A DNA stretch of 54,893 bases from a virus (Duplodnaviria > Caudoviricetes), in the IMG/VR virus record IMGVR_UViG_3300048835_001014, positions 1 through 54,893 of that record. One strand, written 5' to 3'. Below are positions 17,432-26,346 of this stretch, piece by piece. Positions within the stretch are counted from its first letter, which is position 1; every line of letters starts with the position of its first letter. The position numbers and the translations under genes are program-made. Below the pieces are notes generated by a model. The model did not search any database. It worked only from the letters and a program-made list of their open reading frames with translations, and was not told the origin of the DNA.

Positions 17432-20007
17432 GCTCCGCGGCTTCCGTTGACCTCCATCTGATACATGCCAACGCGCCGGCCGGCGTGCGCGACAGCCCGC
17501 AGTGGGTCGCGTGGAAATACATTGAGCGGGACGGCAAGCCGACAAAGTCGCCGATCAATCCGCACACAGGCGAATTCGCCAGTTCGACGGACGCATCCAC
17601 CTGGGGAACATTCGACGAAGCAATTGCCGCCTGCAGCAATGACTCCAGCCTCGCCGGCGTGGGATTCGTGTTCACTGCCGACGACCCGTACTGCGGCGTC
17701 GATCTGGACGATTGCCGCGATCCCGAAAGCGGCCAGCTCAAGGACTGGGCGCGTGAGATCGTCGAGCAGCTTGCCAGCTACAGCGAAGTCAGCCCCTCGG
17801 GTACCGGCGTCAAAGTGTTCCTGAAAGCGACCAAACCGGGATCGCGCTGTCGCAAAGCCTATCACGACGGCGAAGTCGAGATTTACGACCGCGACCGGTT
17901 CTTCACGGTCACCGGGGAGCGTCTCGACGAAACGCCGGCCAGCATTGAGGAGCGGCAGGACCAGCTTGACACACTCTACCTGGCCGTGTTCGGCGACGAT
18001 GGCCACAGTGATGGACCGCCAGTGCCGTCGGGAACACCGGGGCCAAAGCCCAGCAACAACGGTCACGTCCATCTCGACGACAACGAAATTGTCGAGCTTG
18101 CGTCAAACCAACGACGCAGCGGAGCGAAGTTTGCGGCGCTCTGGTCGGGCGACTGGAACTCCCATTTCAATTCCGCCAGCGAGGCGGATTCGTCGGTCGT
18201 GTTCACGCTGGCGTTCTACACGAAGGATGCCGCGCAAATCGACCGGCTGTTCCGCAGCTCGGGACTGATGCGTCCCAAGTGGGACGAGCAACATGGAGAG
18301 CAAACCTACGGCCAGATGACGGTCGCCAAGGCCCTGGGCAAGGTCACCAAGCAATACAAGCCGAAGGGCAAAAGAAACGGCAAATCGAAAAAGCCACGTC
18401 CAGCACCACCCCCGCCAAGCAACCCGAGCCTGCCGGCAATCCTGATTGATGACCGGCAACTCAGCGAATTGACTGATGAGGCGATGGCGGCTGTCGCGCT
18501 TGGCAACGATCCGCCCTCCGTCTTTGTCCGGGGCGGCACATTGGCACGAGTCGTAAAAGACGAGCACGGCCAACCCAAGATTGAATCCTTCGACCGCGCG
18601 CGGGTGCGATGCCGTCTCAGCGAGGTGGCCAACTTCTTCACCATGCGGAAGGGAGAAGACGGGTTTGAACCTGTCGGCACCAACCCGCCGCTCTCACTGG
18701 CCGAGAACGTCTTGGCGCTCGGGCGATGGAGTCTACCGCCCCTGGTCGGTATCACATGCGCGCCCATCTTGCGAGTTGACGGCACGATTTGCACGTCGCC
18801 CGGATACGACGCGACTTCCAAGTTGATGTATTGCCCCGATCCGGGCCTCACACTGACACCAATCCCGGAGTATCCGGACAGCAACGAGACGCAGGCGTGC
18901 GTGGACATCCTGCTGAACGTTATCGGCGAGTTTCCGTTTGCCGATGACGCCAGCCGCGCCAACGCTCTGGCGATTCTGTTCTCGATCCTGATGCGGCCAG
19001 TGATTGCGGGCCACGTCCCGCTGGCGATCGTCGACGCTCCCATGCAGGGAACAGGCAAGACGTTGCTCGTTACGGCGCTGGCCACGATCGCGGTTGGCAA
19101 CGTGGCTGCCGAATCGATCCCGACCAAACAAAACGAGGACGAATGGCGGAAGAAGATTACGTCCATCCTGCTGGCCGCCTCGCCGTTCGTCATGTTGGAG
19201 AACATCCCCGACAACACCAACATCGATTCACCGTCGTTGGCTGCGGCTCTCACATCCAACGAGTGGTCCGACCGGCTTCTCGGTCGGAACGAAACGGTCC
19301 GCCTGCCCGCTCGAGCTGTGTGGGCGGCCACGGGCAATAACCTGCGAGTCACCGGCGACATGCCGCGACGCAGTTACAGTATCCGCCTGGATGCCAACAA
19401 CGAACGACCGTGGGAACGAACGGGATTTCACATCAAACAATTGGAATCCTACGTCAAGGCACAACGCGGCGACCTGCTGTCGGCCGCTCTCACGATCATT
19501 CGCGCCTGGTACACGAACGGTAAGCCGCATGCGGACGTTCCGACTCTCGGTAGCTTCGAGGAGTGGGCCAATACCGTCGGCAGTGTGCTGGCGTTTGCAG
19601 GCCTCCCAGACTTTCTCGGTAACCTCTCCAATACACAGGTCGTGCAGGACGACGACACGCAGCAGTGGAAAGCCTTCTTCGTGGCCTGGTGGGACCGCTT
19701 TGAAAACGAGCAGGTTGCGGCCAGCGACATTTGCAGCTTGGTCCTGCCACCCAAAGACGCCCTCTCGCAAACCGTGGACCAGACGTTTCTTGATGCACTC
19801 CCCGAGCCGTTTCTGGTCAACAGGGACCGTGGCGAAGGCTCGCTCAAACGGTCGATCGGAAGGCATCTGTCGCGCCTGACGGGGCGCATCTTCAACGGCC
19901 GAAAGCTGCGCGACGCGGGCACTGACGGCCACAAACACGTCCGCAAGTGGAAGCTGGAACCGGTGGTCACAACTGACGGTTCTCCGGCGCCAGGAGGTGA
20001 ATGGTGA
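17428..20007 (+). CDS. NrS-1-like primase-polymerase fused to P-loop helicase
   Basis: QWVAWK, GVDLDDC, SPSGTG, EIYD..RFFTVTG, SEAD...DRLFRSSGL..KW, APMQGTGKT. Confidence 0.9.
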   Translation: MSSAASVDLHLIHANAPAGVRDSPQWVAWKYIERDGKPTKSPINPHTGEFASSTDASTWGTFDEAIAACSNDSSLAGVGFVFTADDPYCGVDLDDCRDPESGQLKDWAREIVEQLASYSEVSPSGTGVKVFLKATKPGSRCRKAYHDGEVEIYDRDRFFTVTGERLDETPASIEERQDQLDTLYLAVFGDDGHSDGPPVPSGTPGPKPSNNGHVHLDDNEIVELASNQRRSGAKFAALWSGDWNSHFNSASEADSSVVFTLAFYTKDAAQIDRLFRSSGLMRPKWDEQHGEQTYGQMTVAKALGKVTKQYKPKGKRNGKSKKPRPAPPPPSNPSLPAILIDDRQLSELTDEAMAAVALGNDPPSVFVRGGTLARVVKDEHGQPKIESFDRARVRCRLSEVANFFTMRKGEDGFEPVGTNPPLSLAENVLALGRWSLPPLVGITCAPILRVDGTICTSPGYDATSKLMYCPDPGLTLTPIPEYPDSNETQACVDILLNVIGEFPFADDASRANALAILFSILMRPVIAGHVPLAIVDAPMQGTGKTLLVTALATIAVGNVAAESIPTKQNEDEWRKKITSILLAASPFVMLENIPDNTNIDSPSLAAALTSNEWSDRLLGRNETVRLPARAVWAATGNNLRVTGDMPRRSYSIRLDANNERPWERTGFHIKQLESYVKAQRGDLLSAALTIIRAWYTNGKPHADVPTLGSFEEWANTVGSVLAFAGLPDFLGNLSNTQVVQDDDTQQWKAFFVAWWDRFENEQVAASDICSLVLPPKDALSQTVDQTFLDALPEPFLVNRDRGEGSLKRSIGRHLSRLTGRIFNGRKLRDAGTDGHKHVRKWKLEPVVTTDGSPAPGGEW

Positions 20008-20068
20008 TGCTCCAGATCGGTCGTCACGACGACATGACAACCGCCAGCGAGGCGCGCGCGCAGACCAT

Positions 20069-20148
20069 GTACAAGGGCGCGTACATGGCCACGTACAACG
20101 CGATGTACATGGCCTTGTACATGGTGTTGCGCGCGGATGTACATGTAC
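20069..20148. repeat. GTACA repeated at 12-bp period
   Basis: GTACA at 20069, 20081, 20093, 20105, 20117; further GTAC at 20139 and 20145. Confidence 0.8.
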
Positions 20149-20230
20149 GCCACGTCGGCTACGGAAATCGCAGCATCATCGGACACCACAACACCTTAGT
20201 TGCTGCTGGGGTCAGTTCCGACCTCCGAAT

Positions 20231-20506
20231 CCGTAACCTCGCATTCGAGTCCGTAACCGCGCATTTTTGGAACCGTAACCTCGCATTTTTGGGGTCAGAC
20301 GCGTGCCGTAACCTCGCAACCGTTTCCGTAACCTCGCAGCCGTTTTCAAGGGGCATAAGGACTTACGGCAATTCTGCGAGGTTACGAGCCCGATTTTGTC
20401 TATGCCTTACGCGTGTGCGGGCGCGCACGTGCGCACGCGCAGGAACAAAAAACGGCGCACATGAAAGTAGCGGGAAAATAATTTCGCGTAACCTCGTAAC
20501 CTCGCA
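20231..20506. repeat. Iteron array CCGTAACCTCGCA (putative replication origin)
   Basis: Direct copies at 20231, 20251 (1 mismatch), 20273, 20306, 20326; inverted copy 20375-20386; overlapping pair 20487/20495. Confidence 0.8.
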
Positions 20507-20521
20507 TTCAAAGGCACCGAC

Positions 20522-20887
20522 ATGGAAGTGATATGCACGACTCGCCGGCCGCTTGTCGGTGATGAACAGCTTGACGAATGGCTACCGCTCCTCACCGCTT
20601 GGTGGAGGCATTTTCGCGATGAACCTGTCACGGTGGACGAATTGCGAATCTCGCTCTCTCTCGATGTGCCGGGCGACGCAGTCGTGATTCCGACTTCGCT
20701 GATGAGACCTCGCCGCAAGGGACCTGGAGCATTGAAACGGTCTCTGGGCAGGCGCCTGGCCGCACTCGTCGGTTGGACGATTGGTCCGTTCATCGTGTGC
20801 GACGGCGGACGAGACACTCGGCACAACGTTCGTGTGTGGCGATTGCGGTGCATCTGGTCGTCTACGCAACAGGGAGCCGACCAATGA
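20522..20887 (+). CDS. Stand-alone paralogue of the primase C-terminal domain
   Basis: AWWRHF.DEPV, GALKRSLGRRL, DGGRD..HNVRVWRL align with primase AWWDRF.NEQV, GSLKRSIGRHL, DAGTD.HKHVRKWKL. Confidence 0.75.
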   Translation: MEVICTTRRPLVGDEQLDEWLPLLTAWWRHFRDEPVTVDELRISLSLDVPGDAVVIPTSLMRPRRKGPGALKRSLGRRLAALVGWTIGPFIVCDGGRDTRHNVRVWRLRCIWSSTQQGADQ

Positions 20888-21025
20888 CACACGACCACGA
20901 GGCTCCGACGCGTGGCATCACGCTTACGTGCGGGATAACGCAATGCCGGGTACCGCGGGACTGTGCGGGACTAACCGGAACCCGGTTGTACACCGATTCG
21001 ATACCGAACCCACAGGAGACCTGCC

Positions 21026-21238
21026 ATGCAACCACTCGGACCATCACGATACAAGATCGCAACGAAAAGCGATTGGTGTCACGTTTGTGGCCGTCGCCGA
21101 CGAATCACGTTTGCCGAGATCTGGCGCCCGCGAAATGCGGAACACGAAAGCAATCTCGGCAAGCACGCGTCCTACGTTCGCATTTGCGGCGCATGCCTCC
21201 AGACTCTGGCCGACGCGGTCAGTCGCAGCGAGCAGTGA
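21026..21238 (+). CDS. Small zinc-finger protein
   Basis: AGGAG RBS; CHVC...CGAC. Confidence 0.65.
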   Translation: MQPLGPSRYKIATKSDWCHVCGRRRRITFAEIWRPRNAEHESNLGKHASYVRICGACLQTLADAVSRSEQ

Positions 21239-21404
21239 GGCCAACGGGCGAACGTCGACACCACAGTTGGCCAACGTTCGCGGCAAGTGCTGGATGGCGT
21301 CAAACGATCCCACTTCGCCACCGAACGCGACACGCGGCCACCCGTTGGCCCATGTCGCCTCTGCCAAAGTGGCAGAGCCAAAGACCAGCGGCCAGCCGGC
21401 CAAT

Positions 21405-21455
21405 GGTTCCTTCCCGGCGAAATCTCGCAGGAGAGGCCCGCGGGAACAGTCGCCA
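21405..21455 (+). other. Putative cos region (cosQ-like)
   Basis: GGTTCCTTCCCGGCGA resembles the lambda cosQ region GGGTCCTTTCCGGTGA (recalled from memory); intergenic; phage has lambda-type terminase and portal. Confidence 0.45.
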
Positions 21456-21508
21456 AGCTAACGACAGTTTTATTTTCCAGTCCGAAAACCCGTCCCGGAG
21501 CATAACCC

Positions 21509-21712
21509 ATGGAAAAGTGCATGTGGTGCAACGAGCCGCTCGAGCTGGGCGACACCGACTACACGTGCGATCGCTGTTTCAAGTGGCGGCAACGCATCCT
21601 CGAAGACAGCGACGAACTGACCGAAGCCGAACTGCGCGAATTGGAAGATTACTCCCGGTTCATTTACACGCGGTTGCCCACCGAGGCCGAGCTTGAGATC
21701 GAAACCATCTGA
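21509..21712 (+). CDS. Small acidic zinc-finger protein
   Basis: GGAG RBS; CMWC...CDRC. Confidence 0.65.
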   Translation: MEKCMWCNEPLELGDTDYTCDRCFKWRQRILEDSDELTEAELRELEDYSRFIYTRLPTEAELEIETI

Positions 21713-21726
21713 GAAGGAGCCAACGC

Positions 21727-21975
21727 ATGACCTCCCTGCCAAACACACCCCGCGACCGCTGGAACGACATCGTTGTGCCAACCGCCAAGGGCCTGGAGAA
21801 GTTCTTTTGGAACCTGGCCTGGTTCGCAGTGATCGTCGTCCTGCTTTTCGGCGGGCCGTGCCTGAACCGCTCAACCCAACATGGAGGTCATTATGACGAG
21901 CAGCACCGCGATGATTCTGCCGGACAAACGGATCTGCCTGATTTGCAACACGAGACCGAAGTCGGGGAACGATGA
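21727..21975 (+). CDS. Small membrane protein
   Basis: AAGGAG RBS; hydrophobic FFWNLAWFAVIVVLLF; 3' end overlaps next gene. Confidence 0.5.
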   Translation: MTSLPNTPRDRWNDIVVPTAKGLEKFFWNLAWFAVIVVLLFGGPCLNRSTQHGGHYDEQHRDDSAGQTDLPDLQHETEVGER

Positions 21976-22126
21976 TCTGTGCGACGGTTGCTCGTGGCGG
22001 CTTCTAACTCGCCACGCCACGATCCGCCCGTTCACTCTGGACCCCATCGAAGTACCACCGTCAGGCAACGAAGCCGACGGCTTACAAGCGATTGCGATTC
22101 GCATTTTGGAGGAGGACTGCAGATGA
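21893..22126 (+). CDS. Small zinc-finger protein
   Basis: GGAGG RBS; CLIC...CDGC; ATGA overlap with next gene. Confidence 0.6.
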   Translation: MTSSTAMILPDKRICLICNTRPKSGNDDLCDGCSWRLLTRHATIRPFTLDPIEVPPSGNEADGLQAIAIRILEEDCR

Positions 22127-23520
22127 AGATCGAACTGAAGAACATCGCCGACATCAAACCGTATCCGAACAACCCACGCATCAACGACGATGCAGTCGAC
22201 GCCGTGGTCGCATCGATCCGCGAGTTCGGCTTCCGCCAACCAATCGTTGTGGATACGGAGCTGGTGATCGTCTGCGGGCACACTCGGTACAAGGCCGCGC
22301 TGAAGCTGGGTCTGAAGAAAGTGCCGGTTCACATCGCCAAGGATCTGACGCCCGAGCAGATCAAGGCGTATCGGATCGCAGATAACAAGACGGCCGAGTT
22401 GGCCGAGTGGAATTACGATCTGCTGCCCATCGAGTTGGGTGAACTGCAGGCCCTCAACTATGACATGACCTTGCTGGGCTTCGATCCCGATGACCTGGCG
22501 CAGCTGCTCGATCCGGGCGTTACCGAAGGACTCACCGATCCGGACGATGTCCCGGAGCCGCCCGACGAAGCGATTACCCAAGTTGGCGACCTCTGGATAC
22601 TCGGTGATCATCGTTTGCTATGTGCAGACAGCAGCAAACCGGAGGACGTGGATCGGCTGCTCGATGGGGCGGTGATCCATTTGGTGAACACCGACCCTCC
22701 GTACAATGTCCGCGTGGAGCCGCGCAGCAACAACGCCATCGCCGCAGGTCTCAGTTCGTTCTCGAATGATGCAGCGGCCAAGAAACTGAAAGCTGGCCAG
22801 GGCAACGCCTCGTTCGATGTCGCTCGTGGCAAGAAGAAGTCTGGCAACGAGCATCATCAGAAGTTCGACCTGGCTCGCCATCCTGAGAAGGCGAAGCCGA
22901 CACAGAAAAAGATGCGGGCCAAGGACCGTCCGCTGGCGAACGACTTTGTGAGCGACGAAGAGTTCGACCGATTGCTGATGGCGTGGTTCGGCAACATCGC
23001 CCGCGTGCTGCTGCCTGGGCATGGGTTCTATGTGTGGGGCGGGTACGCCAACGTCGCGAATTATCCGCCCGTGTTCAAGCGGTGCTCCATGTATTTCTCG
23101 CAGGCGGTGATCTGGCACAAGATGCACCCCGTGTTGACTCGCAAGGATTTTATGGGCGACCACGAGTGGTGCTTCTATGGCTGGCGCGAGGGCGCGGCGC
23201 ATCGTTACTTCGGTCCGAACAATGTGCCTGACGTATGGTCGATTAAGAAGGTCAACCCTCAGTCAATGATTCATTTGACCGAGAAGCCTGTCGAGTTGGC
23301 TGTGCGTGCGATTCAGTATTCGTCGCTCGCCGGTGAGAATGTTCTCGACCTCTTCGGCGGCAGTGGATCGACCTTGATTGCGTGCGAGCAGACTGGCCGC
23401 AAGGCGTTCTTAATGGAACTGGACCCACCGTATTGTGACGTGATTGTCCAGCGTTGGGAAAAGTTCACTGGCAAGAAGGCGCAGCGAGTCGAGGCAGTTG
23501 TGCAGGAGGCCAACGTGTGA
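22123..23520 (+). CDS. ParB-N domain fused to N6A/N4C DNA methyltransferase
   Basis: PYPNNPR, SIREFGF, GHTR, IADNK; TDPPY, H.TEKP, DLFGGSGST. Confidence 0.95.
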   Translation: MKIELKNIADIKPYPNNPRINDDAVDAVVASIREFGFRQPIVVDTELVIVCGHTRYKAALKLGLKKVPVHIAKDLTPEQIKAYRIADNKTAELAEWNYDLLPIELGELQALNYDMTLLGFDPDDLAQLLDPGVTEGLTDPDDVPEPPDEAITQVGDLWILGDHRLLCADSSKPEDVDRLLDGAVIHLVNTDPPYNVRVEPRSNNAIAAGLSSFSNDAAAKKLKAGQGNASFDVARGKKKSGNEHHQKFDLARHPEKAKPTQKKMRAKDRPLANDFVSDEEFDRLLMAWFGNIARVLLPGHGFYVWGGYANVANYPPVFKRCSMYFSQAVIWHKMHPVLTRKDFMGDHEWCFYGWREGAAHRYFGPNNVPDVWSIKKVNPQSMIHLTEKPVELAVRAIQYSSLAGENVLDLFGGSGSTLIACEQTGRKAFLMELDPPYCDVIVQRWEKFTGKKAQRVEAVVQEANV

Positions 23521-23870
23521 TCTACCTTGCCAGTCCGTACACGCATCCCGACCCGGCCGTGCGTGCCGCCCGCTTTCGAGCGACCTGCCAGGCGGCTGCG
23601 AAGCTGATCCGGAAAGGCCGAGTCGTCTTCGCGCCGATCGCGCATAGCCATCCCATGACCGAGTTCGGGCTGCCGGCCGATTGGCGGTTTTGGGAACGCC
23701 ACGATGTGGAGTTCCTACGTCGGTGCAACGAACTGGTTGTGCTGAAGCTCGACGGCTGGCGGGAGAGCCGCGGTGTGCAGGCCGAGATCGACCTGGCGTT
23801 GGAAATGGACCTGCCGATTCGCTACCTGGATGCGGCGTGGGCAAACGAATCAACGGAGGTCACCGCGTGA
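23517..23870 (+). CDS. DUF1937 family protein
   Basis: IYLASPYTHPD, FAPIAHSH, GWRESRGVQAEI; GTGA overlap. Confidence 0.9.
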   Translation: MIYLASPYTHPDPAVRAARFRATCQAAAKLIRKGRVVFAPIAHSHPMTEFGLPADWRFWERHDVEFLRRCNELVVLKLDGWRESRGVQAEIDLALEMDLPIRYLDAAWANESTEVTA

Positions 23871-23878
23871 GAGAGACA

Positions 23879-24109
23879 CTACGACTTCGAGGGACTGCCA
23901 CGAACGATCTCGAACCGGTCGGGCGGCGACACCAGCATGAGAGTCCGGCCGTTGTCCCAAGCGACGTCGATTTGGTTCCAGGCGTCCTTTCCGCCGCCGT
24001 GACGAGAGACAGACACGACCGTACCAAGCTGCCCGACCTGGATCGGGTCGGGATCGTCGGACATCGCCAGCAACCGTATTCGGTCGCCTTTGCGTGGAGT
24101 TCGGTTCAT
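23879..24109 (-). CDS. DUF4314 domain protein
   Basis: GDRIRLLAMSDDPDPI..G..GTV, QIDVAWDNGRTLML...DRFEI. Confidence 0.9.
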   Translation of the reverse strand: MNRTPRKGDRIRLLAMSDDPDPIQVGQLGTVVSVSRHGGGKDAWNQIDVAWDNGRTLMLVSPPDRFEIVRGSPSKS

Positions 24110-24339
24110 CGTTGTGATTCCTGCTCGAGCATTTTGTGATGCCAATTCCAAAGATCAATCTCGTCCTGCGTGGCTTCGCGAACGGTGCGGATCTCGATCG
24201 GCATCTCCTTGCCGAGGCGTTCGCGCACATCGGCGTAAAGAGCGTGCAACGCGGGCTGCCCGAGTCGTCTGGCCTCGCTTTCGGATTCGGCGTCCACCAA
24301 AACGTATCGGGCGAGCGTGGCGACAAGGTAGGTGGTCAT
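24106..24339 (-). CDS. Hypothetical protein
   Basis: AAGGA RBS; ATGA overlap with DUF4314 gene. Confidence 0.75.
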   Translation of the reverse strand: MTTYLVATLARYVLVDAESESEARRLGQPALHALYADVRERLGKEMPIEIRTVREATQDEIDLWNWHHKMLEQESQR

Positions 24340-24387
24340 GGCGAGTTCCTTTCGTTGTTGGTTTTCAAACGCCCCACCTGTGACAGA

Positions 24388-24413
24388 GAGCCATTATTTC
24401 CGCCAAAGATCAA
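24388..24413 (-). promoter_or_regulatory. Repeated promoter-like motif TTG(A/C)-N7-CGGAA-N4-TGGCTC, copy 1
   Basis: Identical spacing at 26400-26425 and 27571-27596. Confidence 0.7.
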
Positions 24414-24546
24414 TAGGCGTGGAGCGCGTTGGCGGCACGTCGCGACGTTTGCGCCGTGTCGCGGCCGGCGGACGTGCTTGGCCAGCGGGCCAACCAACGA
24501 GAAAACGCCCCACGTGGGGGCGTGTGTGGCGACGACGTGGCGAACG

Positions 24547-25077
24547 TTACGATTGCTCGCCAGTTTCGTTGACCAAAACGGCCATGTCATGGCACCAGGC
24601 GGCCTGCTTGGCGAACCATTCAGACTGTTTGGCGTCTTCGGTCGCCTCAGCGGCCTCGCGCCAAATCGCGGCGGCCCGACGCCAGTTGCCGGCCCGCTGC
24701 GCCACTTCGGCCTCGCGGGCCAGGCGGTCAGCGGTAACGTGCTCCAGCGCGTGGTACTCTGTCATCGCGTCCTCGTAGAAGAAACGCGACGTCGGGAACA
24801 TGCGGCGGTGTCGAACGACCAGGCAGCCGCGTTCCTTCATAAAGGCGACTGCCACCGACACCTGCGTGCAGGGAACGTCGGGGGCGGCTTCCCAAAGCAC
24901 GCCGGTTGTTACGCCTTGGCCGGCGTTCTCTTCGATGAAGTGTGCGACCGCCTTGTACGACTCCTGCGAGCAGCGGTGGCTATACGTGCTGCCATCGCGT
25001 TTGGCCACAGTGCGAACCAGGTGGCCAAGTTCGACCGTGAACGATTGTCGTTCGTCAACGGGCTGCGTGCGAGTCAT
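24547..25077 (-). CDS. Hypothetical protein with ANR/PerC-like C-terminus
   Basis: GGAGG RBS; AQRAGNWRRAAAIWREAAE...WFAKQAAWC. Confidence 0.65.
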   Translation of the reverse strand: MTRTQPVDERQSFTVELGHLVRTVAKRDGSTYSHRCSQESYKAVAHFIEENAGQGVTTGVLWEAAPDVPCTQVSVAVAFMKERGCLVVRHRRMFPTSRFFYEDAMTEYHALEHVTADRLAREAEVAQRAGNWRRAAAIWREAAEATEDAKQSEWFAKQAAWCHDMAVLVNETGEQS

Positions 25078-25080
25078 CGG

Positions 25081-25284
25081 TTAACCCTCCACGCGGCTGC
25101 GCAGCCGTTGAGCCGACCGGATTGTAATGCGCCGGCCAGTGCTTTCGTTCACGGCGACAATCGTCGTGCGGTAACGCCCGCCGAACGTCGAAGTCTCCTT
25201 CAGGTCCAGTACGTGAACGGTGGTCAAGCTGCCGGAGACTTTGGCGCGGTAGCGCCCGCCAACTTCGATGTCTTTCAGTTTCAT
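25081..25284 (-). CDS. Small basic beta-rich hypothetical protein
   Basis: AAAGGA RBS; 67 aa. Confidence 0.75.
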   Translation of the reverse strand: MKLKDIEVGGRYRAKVSGSLTTVHVLDLKETSTFGGRYRTTIVAVNESTGRRITIRSAQRLRSRVEG

Positions 25285-25356
25285 GGTGTTGTCCTTTCGT
25301 CGTTGAGAAATGAAAACAGCCGCCGTTGCCGGCGGCCGTTGCGAGTGAGGGTTGAT

Positions 25357-25731
25357 CTAGCCGTTGGCGGCGAACTTGCCGCGCTCGGTCTTTTTGAAGC
25401 GGGCGTCGTTTCCCTTCGTATTGATCTCCCGCAGGATGGCGCTGTACAGCGTCGCGTGCGGCGTCTTGCCTCCGGGGCTGGTCCAAAGGTTCTTGGCGGC
25501 CATCGCTTCGACCAGTTCCTTCGCGTTCATCGCCTGCTTCGTGTCGGTCAGCACCTTGGCCGCCGCGTCGATGGCGCTCAGCTTCTTGTCCTTCGCCTCG
25601 CCGTTGCCGCTGGCGGCCTTGGCCTTCGGCGTGGTCTTCTTCTTCGGCGCGGCCTTCTTGGTGGCGGCCTTCGCGCCCGAGGCCTTCTTCGCGGTCGTTG
25701 CCTTCTTCGTCGTGGTCTTCTTGGTTGCCAT
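25357..25731 (-). CDS. HARE-HTH (HB1/ASXL/restriction endonuclease HTH) protein with histone H1-like N-terminus
   Basis: GAGGAG RBS; Lys/Ala/Thr-rich N-terminus; SAIDAAAKVL...GKTPHATLYSAILREI. Confidence 0.85.
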   Translation of the reverse strand: MATKKTTTKKATTAKKASGAKAATKKAAPKKKTTPKAKAASGNGEAKDKKLSAIDAAAKVLTDTKQAMNAKELVEAMAAKNLWTSPGGKTPHATLYSAILREINTKGNDARFKKTERGKFAANG

Positions 25732-25827
25732 GATCTGGCTCCTCGTGAAAAACGGTCGCGATGGTTGGGCTGCCATCATCAGGCGGCGGGAACCACCCGC
25801 CACGACGCCCGCGTGGGCGTTTCGGCT

Positions 25828-26091
25828 TTAGTGGGCGGCGTCCCAGGCCCGCTTGGTCCCGTAGCAAAGCTGCTGGCCTTCGCAGATGTAGACCACCTGG
25901 TCGGCTTCAACGTCTCCGTCGTCGTTCGGGTCGTCATCGTCGGCCTCGTCGTTGATCTCTTGGCCCGACGCCAATCCGAAGATGTCGTTCTCGAAGGGCC
26001 AATTGCTCTGCGTCATCAGTCGCACTTCGGCGTCGCCGCCGAGCTCGTCGCGATAGTCTTCCAGGCGTTCGATCAATTCGTCGATGGTCAT
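25828..26091 (-). CDS. Small, very acidic protein
   Basis: AAGGAG RBS; about 25 D/E versus 5 K/R in 87 aa. Confidence 0.8.
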   Translation of the reverse strand: MTIDELIERLEDYRDELGGDAEVRLMTQSNWPFENDIFGLASGQEINDEADDDDPNDDGDVEADQVVYICEGQQLCYGTKRAWDAAH

Positions 26092-26118
26092 GGTTGGGGC
26101 TCCTTTCGTGGTGGGTGG

Positions 26119-26346
26119 TTACTCTTCGGTGCCGTCGAGAAAGGCGACGATCGAAGAGAGGCGGTTGTTGACTTCGTTGACGCTGCCGACGTCGGCCCAG
26201 TTGATCGGGTGTTCGTCGTTGCCGGGCGCGGGCAGGTCGAACAGCAGCTCGCGGATGCGTTCGACCAGGTCCTGGGCGACCAGGTGGGCGTTCTCGTAGG
26301 CGGCCTCGGCAGTCAGGTTCGGTTTCTTCTTTCGGTTGGCGTTCAT
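26119..26346 (-). CDS. Hypothetical protein
   Basis: GGAG RBS; 75 aa. Confidence 0.75.
   Translation of the reverse strand: MNANRKKKPNLTAEAAYENAHLVAQDLVERIRELLFDLPAPGNDEHPINWADVGSVNEVNNRLSSIVAFLDGTEE

Noticed and set aside
20231-20338. Repeat array as a CRISPR
   Set aside because: Repeats are 13 bp with 7-20 bp gaps and occur in both orientations; no cas operon
4166-20367. GACTTACG motif at 4166 (reverse), 4778, 10120, 20360
   Set aside because: Short 8-mer, one copy mid-gene; too close to chance expectation to call
20001-20531. 176-aa ORF across the origin
   Set aside because: Translation mainly reflects DNA repeats (RNLA units); not supported as a protein
20773-21696. Long overlapping ORFs of 307 and 226 aa
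   Set aside because: No motifs; they overlap better-supported small genes and the putative cos region
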